Positions 24,501-37,166 of a stretch of 64,000 bases of DNA are shown piece after piece. The first letter of the stretch is position 1. Each line of letters starts with the position of its first letter. The notes under the pieces are model-generated. The model was given only the letters and a program-made list of their open reading frames with translations. It ran no database searches and was not told the DNA's origin. The stretch is from Dipteris shenzhenensis (lineage: Eukaryota), in assembly GCA_047967505.1 (NCBI GenBank), contig CM106538.1; one strand, written 5' to 3'. The position numbers and the translations under genes were made by a program.

Positions 24501-26662
24501 TAGGTGGAGTTCTGAGCAACAAGTCTATATGATGCCCATCAACACAGCCATCTGGCCCATGGCCAATGCAATCATCATAAGCTTTTGTATTGTTATGCTC
24601 GCAATCTTTCCCTTCTGTGTAGTAGCTATATATTCCTTTGTGTGTTGTGTCCGCAAAGATTCTCTTTATTCCTCATTTTAGGTTAGTTATTGTTTTCTTT
24701 TCTCAACAACAATTGGTTGCATTGTTATTTCAAAATTTCAATGCTTATTTTTAGTTTGTTAGAATCAACCTTCTATAGTGGTTAAGCATGACAGTTATTG
24801 TAGCACAATTTGATTCCATTTGCGATGATTTGGAAAATTGCCTATTTCTTAACTTAAAAGTGCCTTTTCACATAATTTTTTAAACTATAAATGTGAATGA
24901 AATGCAATAATTATAAAATTTAGGTTAAAAAACACTCTTCAAAATTGCATGGGTTCAATATTCTATAGAATATAAATAAAGAATTGGTTGAAAAACTAGC
25001 TTTTTAAAGGGTTTTTTCAAAACTAGATGTGTCAATCTCTAGTTTGGATTCCACAATCACTTTCCTACATTTAAGAATCAAATTTTAAAAAGATTTACAA
25101 AAACAAATTCTTCTCACATTATAAAGATTTCAAAATCCACACTTGGTATTCTAGATCGAAGTTTAGGATTCTAAGTCTAAGTTTTGGTTGCTTTTAAGCT
25201 TTTCACTTAAATTTTAGATCAGGGGCTCTTATATTTTGAAGCATTAGCTAAGACAAGACTAGGAGTCTAGAATCTATATTGAGGTTACTTGGCTTCAAGA
25301 GATAAAGTTTGTGCAAAGATGTTTAGAGTTTTGGGATTTTGGAATCCCTTTTTAGTTTGCTAGTGTGTCAATGTTGTGAGATCTAGATTCCAAAATCCAT
25401 TTTTTGTGGGAGATTTTGGAATCCAAAATTGAAGTTGTGGGAGACCTGAAGGTTTCTTTGAGAACATCACACAGTATAATCAAGCATCGAGACATATTTC
25501 TACTTATTGTTTTGGGGCTTTACCCCCATTTCTAAAGCCAACCATGCAATCAAATTGCCAATAGAAATAAGGTTTGGAAGCTACAAATCAACCCAACTTT
25601 TGGATATCTGATTTTGGAATCCTTTTACACTCTGCAAGTGTGTCTATGTTGTGAGCCTTTTCTTTCTAGAGTCCAATCTGTGGAAGCCAAAAGGCACACA
25701 AAAATAGAGGTTTTCTCTTTCTGACTAGGTTTTGTTTTTCATTTTTGCGTGCATGTCTTTTATGGTGGAGATATCTCAAGAACATACAGTGATGTTTGGG
25801 CATCAAGAAGTATTTCTACTAGGTGTCTTGGTGTTTCACCCCATGTTAATCAAAATTTTGTATTCCTCTTTTTGTTTATATCTTTGTTGGTTTTCAAAAA
25901 TTCAATTTGTGGTTTAAATTGGGATCCAAAAATCTCTTTGTATTTCAAGTTGTTCTAGTTTCCCATTTGTAGTTCAAGTTAGAACTTTGGATTTCCATTT
26001 GTTATTCAAGTTAGGAGTCTATAATCTCTTTCGTGGTTCAAGTTGGGATTCTAGACTCCTACTCGTGGGACTCTGGAGTCTCCATCTAAAAGCCATCTTA
26101 TTCAAGTTGGGCTTTTCTTTTCTCTTTTTAGTGGTTAAAGTTGGCCCTCTAAACTACGTCTAATGGGATTTTAGAATTCTGAAAGCCATGTCATTCAACA
26201 TAAACTCAAGTAATAATATTGAGAGCTACATCACACACAAAAGAACATCAAGCCATCGAACAAATAGAGTAGGCGTCAAGCGAAACCATGAACAAAATCA
26301 GCTACAAGAACCACTCCAATCATCTTGTCTTGAAACAAGACCAAAGAACCATGAGAAAGAGCTAGAACCAGATTGCATGGCATGATAAGATGTACTCTTG
26401 CATTTTTGCCACATGGCAAAGTCTAACCAATCCCTTGAAGGAAATGAGAGAGCAAGAGTGTGTGAGCAAAAGAGCAACGTAGGTTGTATTGGAATGAGAT
26501 AAGAAAACAATACAAGATTGGGGGTTTTGTCTATGTTATAAAACCTAACCAACCCACTAACTGTATTTAGGGGGGGAAACCTCTAATGAGGAAAAAGTGC
26601 TCCTAACCCACTTATTAGTCATACATTGGTCACTCCCAAGAGTTATGGCTATAATTCCAACA

Positions 26663-28420
26663 CCCCCTTGTAGTTCCAATGTGATGATGTACAAGGAAAT
26701 GATCAATCACCAAAGGGAGCTACGTTCAGTGCACTGTGAAAGGCCTCAAACTTCACGTGGAAGTGATTTGGTAAATATGTCTGCAACATTGTCATGTGTG
26801 GACACATAGATCATACTAATCTCCTGCATCTGACATAATGATTGTGAACCTCCATGTGCTTCCTGCGAGCATGAAACATAGGATTCTTGGCCACTGCTAT
26901 AGCACTCTGACTATTAGTGCTAATTGGATAAGGACTCTCCAATGAGAGATGAAGATCAACAAATAGACGGTACAACCACACTCAACTGTTGCTGTGAAAG
27001 CTGCCTGTACTCAGGTTCACACAAGGAGGTAGCCATAGTAGTTTGTTTCTTGCTATGAAAGCTGTGTGTACTCAACTTCACATAAGGAGGTAGCCATAGT
27101 AGTTTGTTTCTTGCTCAACCTAAGAAATGCAAGCATTACCCAAAAATAAACAATTACCACTTGTGGACTACCTTGTATCATAATCTTCAGCCCAATTGGA
27201 GTCACTACTATAAGCATGCATTTGCAAGTCAACCCCCTTGGGAAACATCAAGCCATAAGAGTTAGTGCCTTGCAAGTATTGAAAAATGTGTTTTACAACC
27301 TACCAATGTGCACTCTTCAAGCTGTGCATATATCTGCTCACTTGTGAAACTGCAAATTGAATGTCAAGCCGAGTATTACACAAGTAAATGAAGCATCCAA
27401 CAATCTTGTAAAGTGTGGCATCAACCGGTTCACCTCCACCATACATGTGATAAGCTTCAACCCTGGCTCCATCGAAGTTATTGTAAGCTTCCAATCTTGC
27501 ATCTTGAACCAATCCAAAAGCTTCTACACATACTTGGATTGAGACATAATGATGCCACGACTTTCTTGTATGAACTGGATCCCCAAATAAAAATGAAGCA
27601 TGCCCAAATATGACATGTCAAAAGTACCTCTCAACTCAAGCTTGAGATCTACATTTTTTCCTTCATTAGACCCTGTGGGTAACACATGATCTACATAAAG
27701 AATAATGACCAAAATCTCCCCCGAATCCTTCTTGATGTAGAGGATACTCTCAATTGGACTATTATTGAGATCCTTGCTGGTCAAAAATGCATCAATCTTC
27801 AAGTACTAAGCACGTGGAGCCTGTTTCAACCCATACAAAGCTTTATTTAACTTGCAAACTTTATGTGCATCACATGATAACTCTAAAGCCTCTTTCAATA
27901 AGTCTCCATTAAGAAATGTCGTTTTTATATCCAACTAATGTACGTTTCAATCAAAATGTACAGCCATGGCTATAACTAATGACATCTCCAATTTTTCTTC
28001 AACTTCTCTACATCACTCTTAGCCTTTTGTAAAGACTGTCCAAAATCAACCTTAGACTGATTTGTATGCTAATTCCCTTTCACCCTTGCCTTAAACTTGG
28101 AAAACATAGCATATTTACCTACACGTGTGGCCATATTTTTCCGTGTATGCTCTTCTTGCAACAAAAGCCCTATCAACTTATGCAAAGTAAGAGGATTGCC
28201 CACCCCCCTCAAAGACAAATTCAATGAGGTATGAAAACCAAGATAAGAATCAAGAAGAGAATTCAAAGTGGTAGTAACCATCTCGGAATCTAGAATTATC
28301 TCATCAATATTCAACAATCTCTCTCACAAATCCTGAAGTTTCATATGAGTATGAGTCAACTCTCTCTTCATAAATGAAACTCTTGCATCATTGCGGGCTG
28401 CAAACATTCTCTCAAAGCTA
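26663..28420 (-). mobile_element. Old Ty1/copia remnant: gag joined almost directly to RT-RNase H (PR/INT deleted)
   Basis: gag TTLNSLLDSY…LLLQEE; RT FLNGDL, LYGLKQAPR, LYVDHVL, NTRLDIQFAVS; RH ADIFTKSL. PPT AAGGGGG abuts TGTTGG (LTR edge at 26662). The far LTR edge is not resolved. Confidence 0.8.
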
Positions 28421-30096
28421 CCTTAGAGGTCCTGGATGACCACAATAAGAGAAATCACATTAGTGCTTGTGCATCACGAGAATTCCACCTCTTCTACTCC
28501 TGTGTGGGAAGAAGAACTGCAGCAACTACACCTAGCGCTTATCCTACACCCTATGCTTGTCCTCTACCTCTTCATCCACCTTGTTGAGGAGTCGTCGCAG
28601 GTGCAACCACATTCTCTAGTCTTGTCTCATCCCCTGTGACATAATCCCACAAATGTTTGCCAACTAAAAGATTATGTATCATAAAACTCCATATTTAGAG
28701 AGTATTTGATACGATCCAACTTATCCTTGTATGTGAGGACACCAAAAACATCATTAGGATTATTTTGGGCCATGAATGCCAAATAAACTGCAACAAATAT
28801 TGACAATTAACTTCCCTTCTTGGGAGTAGAGATGCACAACACAAATCCCTTCCGGGATCCAGAGACAGCCCCAAAATGCTCACTGACCTAGCCAAATAAT
28901 GGCATAAAATGCATCAGCCCAAAAGCATAAATCTTTCACGAACTCTGACAAATGTGCCTAAAACACTTGCAAATTGGCCAAAAGCCCCAAATCTTGCAAA
29001 ATAAGAGTCCTAGACCAAAAGCCCCAAATTGCAATGTGAAATTGACCCAAAATAGGGGCACCCCAAATTGAATGCCCAAATCAGACACAATGTGCTCAAA
29101 TTTGCTCCAAAATGAGCCTGTGCACCAATTTCACACAATGTGCTGAAATTTGCCCCAAAGTAGCCTTCAAAACACCTGCAAACACCAGCCTTTCTCCCTC
29201 TTTGAGATGCGGGATAATCCTATCCCTTCCCCTCTTCCATTCTCTCACATCACCAGATAGGAAAGAGGGTGGACACAGATTTGCAGAGAAGACTTGGAAT
29301 GCAGTCAGGTCGCCAGGCAACCTGAAGACAATGCACCCTGGAAGATAACTATGGTCTGTCGTCGACCCCAGTTGTCCTGAAGGAATATCAATTTGTTCAC
29401 ATTTGGCAAATTCAGGTACGAGCAGACTGCCAATGAAACACAAGTCATTTTCATTACAGCCTTGATATAAAGGCTTGCAAACCATAGGGATATTCATATC
29501 AAGGCTTGCAAACCATAGGGATATTCTTCAATCAGTCATCCTGTAAGACTCTTGAACGATGCTGAGATATTTTACTGTCTATGGGTTGGTAGTAGATGTA
29601 TAGGATGAGACACCTGGGATTCTGCAGCTATAGGGAGAACTTGGATTGTATATCCTTGATGGGAAGGGCACCTTCCTGTTTCCTTGCAAAACTTTCTTTT
29701 TACTTAATACAGATTTCTGTTTTATCGAAAAACACGTACACCTTATAGATTATCACATATTCAATGAAAGTCCTGTCAACAAAGCAAAAACTAGATCGAC
29801 ACCAAGCTTTTTACTGTATATCAGTTCGCTAAAAGCAATGTTGACATCAACATCAAAGCCTAGATTGCATAACAAAAATATGGTACTTTACCCAGATCAC
29901 ACATAAAACTAATGTGCACAGCTGCCTTCATGCAATGTTGCAGCTTTACAAATTATACACGACCTCAAAATACCCCACATGGGATTATTCAATCTTTACT
30001 TCTCAACTGCAGAGGTTTCTACCGAGTTACCAGCCACTCAGTTCTTTACCTCTCTTTGCTTTATCACCTTTCATTAACTTGTTACCTTACAACGAC

Positions 30097-30822
30097 TCAA
30101 CCACCATGCAGAGTTGATATGAATACAATTGTATCATTATTGTCCAAGGTTGCTTCCAACCGCCCACAGAGCTCCCAATCACAATCATTTACAAGAACTA
30201 AAACTCCAGGCCTTCTGCACATAGCCACCTTCTTTAGAATGCAAGAGCCAGATACACCATGGTTTTTAGCACATTCTACATACTAATTGAAAGGAAATTT
30301 GTAAGCGACTCCGAACAAATGTGAAAGATTATCGGAGGTCCAAAGATATATAAACACGAGGGGAAAATAAAGGGTTTTCCAAGAAGCTCACATTGATTTA
30401 TCTTTCATAAATAGTTCAGGCCTTTCCTTCAGGAGATTATCTCTTATCCAAACCAATAAATGCTCCATCTTGACCTGGAGCAACAACAGTCGGGAAGTTC
30501 AGGCTGCTGCAAATCATCTTGAACATGATTACAGCAGAAGAGAGATCTGGCAATTACCTTGTCCACACCCTTGTTTAGCGGTATGTCCACATAATGCGTC
30601 TTTACTGAGCCAAACAATAGCTCGAGCCCACCCCTAGCATCATCATTTGATGAGATTATGCATTGATAAAGATAGTACACTTCTCAACAAACCCATAGAC
30701 AATGTACCATACAAGAGAATAATGGGTCTTTTACACACAACTATGTTGCTGGGCAGCAAGTTTTACCCAAATTCTAAGGTCAAATGCACAGATGTTGTTA
30801 CTCCAAGTGAATCGCTACCCAT
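30097..30822 (-). CDS. URM1: Ubiquitin-related modifier 1 (URM1), 110 aa, 4 coding exons
   Basis: Exons 30822-30767, 30633-30558, 30474-30392 and 30214-30097; GT-AG with consistent phases (333 nt). Translation [110 protein letters not shown], with C-terminal GG. In-frame TGA upstream of the ATG. Confidence 0.96.
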
Positions 30823-32520
30823 ATGGAAATTGCTTCACACCACCACCTTAATCGAGGTAGAAATTGCTTCACACCACCACCTAAAAGTGCAGATCAACAT
30901 GGGCTCCAATTAAAAAGAACATTGGAATTTGGTTCACACCATCATCCGGCATTTGTCTTTAGGGACATGCACATTTGTTGTAAGGCTTCAGTCAACTAAA
31001 AGGAATTCCAAAGACCACATGCTATGGTAAAAGTAACATGCAAAAGAAGTTGCCACAGAAAGAATGGAGAATGTGAGAGACAAATGGTTATGATGTCTGT
31101 GTACTAGTGGACATCTTCTGAAGTTACAAGACAATTGTTGAATTGAGGTATTTTACCCTTGTTGAAGTTAACACTCAATAGGTGGAAATACAGTCTTCAA
31201 AGAGTACAATCTCCAGCTGCAACATTTACAAAATTGGGATCAACAAACACAAAAAAGCAAGAGGGGGAAATTAGTACTTTAATGTAATCAGATAGTTTGC
31301 AACAAGGTCTTGTACAAGACTGTTATGCACATTAAAAAATATTTAAGGCAACTGTGCAGGCTGCAAATAACTGTAGGGAGTTGTGGCCCCTTGCAATTGC
31401 ATGTGGCATTTAATTGCCTGTGGCATTTACAATACATACACGTAAAATATTGCTGTATTGGGTGAAAACGATCTGCCCAACCCAATACATGCTGGTGCTG
31501 AGGGAGTCATCCCTAGCTGTACAACCTCCATACACATCCAGAACAATGTAGGGTAGCTAATGTAATATTCTGCTCAGAAAATGAGTAGAAATTAGCTGTA
31601 AATCAGCTCTCTAAGCAGCCTGGATGTGCTCGGACCGTGGGCAAACTGAAAAACGACTTGCACAAATCAAGCTGCCTCAAGCTAGGTTGAGCTTTATAAA
31701 GTGGTGGCTGAACTGAACAAGATCTGAGAAGCATGCCATACAGGAAAGTCTATCAACATATGTCTTGCCACAGGGATCTGCTATGATACCAATGAAAGGA
31801 ATGGGGAGCAGGGAAAGACGAGAGGAGCTAAAAGGCTAAATGTATTAATGAGAATGAGCCACCAAAAAACTAGCACAATGAAGAGAGTGTACCTAATATA
31901 CTAGACCCTCAACAGTGATGGTGTGGCATGATGACAATTTGCACAGATTCGAGGTGGTGATTTCCTCCACCTCAATGCATGGAGCTATTGCAGGATCAGG
32001 CAAGAGACAGCTGCTCGTTGCTATTTTCACCGATTTCTTCAATTGGTATTCAGTTGTATTACAAACAAAGAAGTCAGTTATAAACAGATTATTCATGGAC
32101 TATGTGTACAGTATCCTGTAGTCTGTTCAAGGATACGATAGGGTTCAAATACCAAAACACGTGATCAAGAACTGTCCAGAAAACTCACCAAATCGACAGC
32201 AGTATTTGAAAGAAACTAGATGTTGTTTTAGGGAATCACCATGCACGTAAGTACAAAAGCAGAAGAGTAAGTTGCACGCATGACGAGGATGAAGATCAAC
32301 AAAGGAGATCTCATATAGAATCTGCCTCAAACAACTACAGCAAACTCTCGAAGTACCCGACTCTTTGACTAAAGGTCAGTAGACTTTCTGATGGAAGGAG
32401 TCTTAAAACATATGATGGAGAGGGGGTGCAAACCCACCTTAGATAGGCCCCAAATGGGCTGGCAACATGCCACATGTCACTAGACACACCTGCCACACCA
32501 GGTGGAGCATTGAGCTTTGG

Positions 32521-33700
32521 GACCCCCTCAATGTCCAATGTCTGCATTATGATGGAGATCCAACACAGTAAGCTTCATAAGGTACCAACGTATTGTGTCT
32601 CAGGACTAACAGCCTGGTGAAGATGTCTTATTCCTTCTCCTTGGACAAACACTAAACAAGACTGATGTCTTTGTTAAGGATCTTTTCTTACACACACTGA
32701 TATGAACCTCAATGTGCTTTATCAAAGCACGGAACACTGGATTCATTGCAGTTGCAGGTCATCACAATTTAGGATGGTCGAATCCCTGATGATGAAGAAC
32801 CAATGCCATCCAAAATTCATCTTAATCATATTGCTTCCCATGTCACAATGGAAGTGACCCCGTACTCTTGCTTCATGGAAGAAGAGCAACTGCATTGCTT
32901 CTTGCTAAGGCAAGATACGCAGCTGCCTACTAGCATGAAACAGTAGCTTGATGTAGACATACGGGACCTTTCCAAACCAAGTCACAATAACCACTGAGTG
33001 TGGGCTCCTACAATATATACGATGCCGTACTCCTGCATTGCTTCTTGCTAAGGCAAGATACGCAGCTGCCTACTAGCATGAAACAGTAGCTTGATGTAGA
33101 CCTACGGGACCTTTCCAAACCAAGTCACAATAACCACTAAGTGTGGGCTCCTACACTATATATGACGCCGTACTCCTAAGTACCTCTGATGTATCTCAGT
33201 ACTGCAACCCTCCAAGCCTTCTCCTTCAGCAAGGGGGAAAACTGACTCAATATCCAACTGCAAAGCTAACGTAACGTCTCACGTTTGACCGATAAATGAG
33301 GCTCCCAAACACCTTTGATAGTTCATTGACATCTACCAACAGGGATGTGACCTTGGTGACACATGATCTACATTGCTCCATAGCCCATTTTGGCTCATAG
33401 GTGCCTTCCGGAGTGTTCACACCTCCTTCTGGAAACACTGAAACCCTAAATGTGGTTCTATGTACACCTCCTTAGTTCTCCATTTAGAAAAGCTGACGTC
33501 ATCCATCTAACGTACCAGCCATTTGTGATGTGTAGTAAATGCAAGAAACATCTTGAAGGCTGGTATCCTTGCATTTTGAGCAACTATTTCTTCATTGTTG
33601 AATCCCTCCACTTGAGCATACCTTTGAGTACCAATCTAGCCTTGTACTTGTCCCGTGAGTCTTGTATTTCATATCTATAGCTTGTAGCAGAGTATAGACT
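32521..33700 (-). mobile_element. Very decayed copia RT-RNase H remnant
   Basis: KYKARLVLKG, AFLNGELK, STSSYCFMLVGSCVSCLSKKQ, KHIEVH, DIFTR; purine tract TTGAGGGGGT. Includes a ~144-bp tandem duplication at 32890-33177. Confidence 0.75.
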
Positions 33701-33811
33701 CTATCCTAGTCTTCATTCCTTACCGGAGGAGAATGGCAACAAAAAAAAAGGACAATATATTTACTGTGGAAAGCCAAGCCATTGAATCTTGAAAGGAAAA
33801 ACTAATATGAA

Positions 33812-35820
33812 TGAAGGCACTTCTACAAGGAGATAGAGATGCTGGTAGAGCCTGGGCCAATAGCAGCCTGCCACATGGCCAGGCTGAGCCACCCAGCCCT
33901 CAAGATGTGTGTCCCCACCAGGGGGTTTTATGGGAAGCAGCAAAGTCAGGTGGGGGCGCTGATTGGGTCGGCCAATTCCCCCTACCCAGTCGGCTACATG
34001 AAGGGGGCTTGGAGCCCTCTATAACGAGGCCAAAGGGGCCTGACTTCGCATCATCTGGAGCAGCCACTCAAGAGCAGATAGGAGCAGCAAGTCAGCAACC
34101 TTTGGGCCTACTTCCAAGAGGACAAAGGCAGGTTGAGGAGCAGCAGACATAGCTCACAAGAAGCCCACCTATGCTGACCCGGGCAGTCAGGTGCGTGATC
34201 ACGGACGGAGAGTCTACATAAGCTCAGAGAGGAGCACATGGGCCCATGGATCTAGAGGAGCCAAGGAGATAGTAGGAGAGCTTTTGGTAAGATCAAAGGA
34301 CCACGGTTTGGTGTGACTCTGCACCTTTTTTTTGTATTGGGTCCGGTCTTGGACATAAACATACCTTTTGTGGATTCTATATTTCTCTTGAGATTCACAA
34401 TCTATTTACTAGCTTGCACGCACACATGGTTGTGAAGTACACACGAGTAAAGAAATTTTGATTCTATAATTAAACACTTCCATGTGCATTCTTGCTATCA
34501 GTCTATGTTACAGGATATTCTCTGTAGGGATCATTTCTAACATGGTATCTGAGTTCTGACGGAAGTTCACGAGAAGTGGAGCTTGAAGGCAAGGACCTTG
34601 CTAAAGGACAACCTTGATTCATTGCTTGGGGGAATCTACTTCAGCGTCTGAAGGATTGATGCTAACCTGTGGAAATCTTAGATGTGAAATCTAATGTGAC
34701 AGGTGCGTAGAGCACGAGCTGGCGAGTAATTTGGCTTTTTGGAGCTCTGTGAAATTCCGTTTTGATCAAAAGATACAGCCCCCGGAAGGATTTGATAGGG
34801 CAAAATGATGATGTATAACACTCTAACTAATCCTTTTCAGTTCATTGTCATGGCTAACAAATATCAGATCTGTAACTTTAGAGACACAAGAAAGCTTGAT
34901 GGGACGAATCACCCATTGTGGAAGATGAAGGTCAATAGCCATTTACTGTTGAGGAAGTCGCTGGAGAGTGCAAATGGGAGAGAGCTGATGCCTCAACTCA
35001 CCGTGACTATCCCAACCACATCAACTACAACAACGGTGATGACACTGGCAAAAACCTATGATAGTGAGAGCATGGCAAATCCATGATGCGGAGGCCTTGG
35101 CTATTATTACAGTGGATGTGGTGCTTCCTCACCCACAGATGGAAAATTCTTCCTTCGAGGCATGGACCATTCTGAGAAACATGTATGAGCTTAACAACAA
35201 GGCGAGGATCTTGGACCTCAAGACGGACTTGTATGGTATGAGTATGGATGAAGGGCATTTAGTTTAAGACCACATCACCAAGATGGTGGTAGGAGATCAG
35301 CTAGCAGTAGTGGGTCAAAGGATGAGCTCGCCTAGGATGGCAAGGCTATTGCTGGGAATGCTCCCTCGGAGCTATAGTAGTTTTCTGACTTTGATGATTG
35401 CAGGGCAGAGGGCAGCACCAGTGACGTTCGAGAAGCTGGCTCCATTGCTGCTGCAACAAGAAGCTCAAGAAAAGAAGTATGATGGAATAGATGATACTGC
35501 CCTAATATCTCACAATAGGAGCAAAGGCAAGCGTAAGGATAAGCCTAGCAAAGGCAAGCCCAAGAAGAACAAATCTGAGCAAAGGCAAGTGTGACGGTAA
35601 GCCTAGCAAAGGAAACCATAAGGGTAAGCCTAGCAAAGGCAAGCCCCAAGAAGGATAAATCTAAGCAAAGGCAAGGTTAAGGTAAGCCTATCAAAGGCAA
35701 GACCAAGAAGGACAAATCTGACGAAGGAGTGGACTGTTTAAATGAAGAAAACAAGAAGAGGAAGAAAGAGAATAAATGCTTCTATTGTGATGAGCCAGGG
35801 CATTTTGCTAAGGACTGCAT
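33812..35820 (+). mobile_element. Truncated copia: LTR (right end 34542, left end uncertain), PBS and decayed gag
   Basis: …CTAACA followed by TGGTATCTGAG at 34543; gag KLDGTNHPLWKMKV, LLGMLPRSYSSF; zinc knuckle CFYCDEPGHFAKDC. AAGCCTAGCAAAGGCAAG repeats at 35520-35710. No pol. Confidence 0.75.
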
Positions 35821-37143
35821 TGGACTAGAACAAATAAGAAGTCTGTTTTGCTTAATGGGGTGCTAGCTTAAGATTATGTCCTCAAATTGCATGAACTTTG
35901 TATATCCTAAGATACACTCATGCTTGGGAGATGCTGGAGAAGATGCCGTCACACACCTAAGCTACACTACTTTGTGGACTGCAAATAGTTGTTGCGTAGT
36001 TAAGTTATTGCTCGCTTCAAGCACAAAAACAAATAAGAAGAAGGGTAATTTTTGCAATACTATAGAAAGTGTGCTTGTACCTAGGCATATGCCATATAAA
36101 ACACGTCTCCAAAAGGCCTTGAATGGAAGTCGGGAAAATATGCCAAAACGTTGGATGACGCAATAGCAACTGCGTTGAATTACACAAGGGGCAAGACAAG
36201 TGTTCTTCAAACATGGTCTAAAGATTTCCTTGCCCTCTATGAACTTTACTTTTGGATAACGAGGCAATCTGTATGCCCGCAGCTTTGGAGCTTGATTTCA
36301 CATACCTCCTGCTCTACCTTGAATTTCCTCTCTCTCGGTACCTTAAACTTGAAGAATGAGAAATTAAAAACTAGTCTCTCTGTGAAAGAGAAATTGGCTG
36401 AACTATATAAGGTCCTGGTGCTCAAGAAGAAATGAAGATATAATCTAAACTTCTATTGCTCCTAAAATGGCTCCTATTCTTCAAAAAACTGCACTCGGCT
36501 GTTACATAGCCAAGATAAAATTGTAAATAAAAGGCGCCCAAGCGGGTGATGGTATTCTCTTTCAGAAAACAAGGCATTCGTCTGTAGAACACCACATAGG
36601 AATACAAAATCCCGTCCTTACAACAATATAAATAATTGAACACACAATAACAAAGCGTGTCGGACACGGCCGTTGCTACGCTACGCTATGGCTTATGTTC
36701 CACACAATTATAGAGGCCAATTTTTCTCTGGTTAACATGACGACGATTGAATTTTGCAGAGAGCGTCTACAGTGGCCTGTCCGGGCTCGTCCCACCCTCT
36801 TGGGCCCTGCAGGCTAAGTAAGCTGCAGTTTGCTACAATCGCAGCTCTGACTTCTATTCAACTTGATGCTACCAACGCTATCGCTGCTATGTGCTGCTGC
36901 TTTTGTTGCTTTCTGTATATCATGCAGGGAAGTACTCAAGCAGTTGCAGAGGCAGCGCCTCATAGGGAAGACAACAGAAGATACCTAGATATCAGAGCAT
37001 TCCATCAACTTTTCATGCTGGAGCTGGCAGAGAAAATTAGACACCCATCAACCATCCCTCCATGAAAACCGTCCAGCGAGAAAGACCACTATCCCAGGCA
37101 TCTCAAGAATAACCAATCACTGTGCAGTACACACAAAAAGTAC

Positions 37144-37166
37144 ACCCTAAACCCTAAGCCCTAAAA
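37144..37166. promoter_or_regulatory. Telo-box cluster (ACCCTAAACCCTAAGCCCTAA), candidate 5' region of a housekeeping transcript
   Basis: AAACCCTAA motif near minus-strand splice-like signals. Assignment to URM1 is inference. Confidence 0.35.

Noticed and set aside
24037-24720. Purine tract, possible LTR and TGG, suggesting a gypsy LTR
   Set aside because: No TG start, no partner LTR or TSD, and the PBS is not recognisable.
29096-29497. 133-aa ORF downstream of URM1
   Set aside because: No recognisable motif; it spans a probable UTR and a TE leader.
31780-31914. PBS-like TGGTATCATAGC beside a TG…CA segment (TRIM candidate)
   Set aside because: No second LTR or TSD found; at most an LTR fragment.
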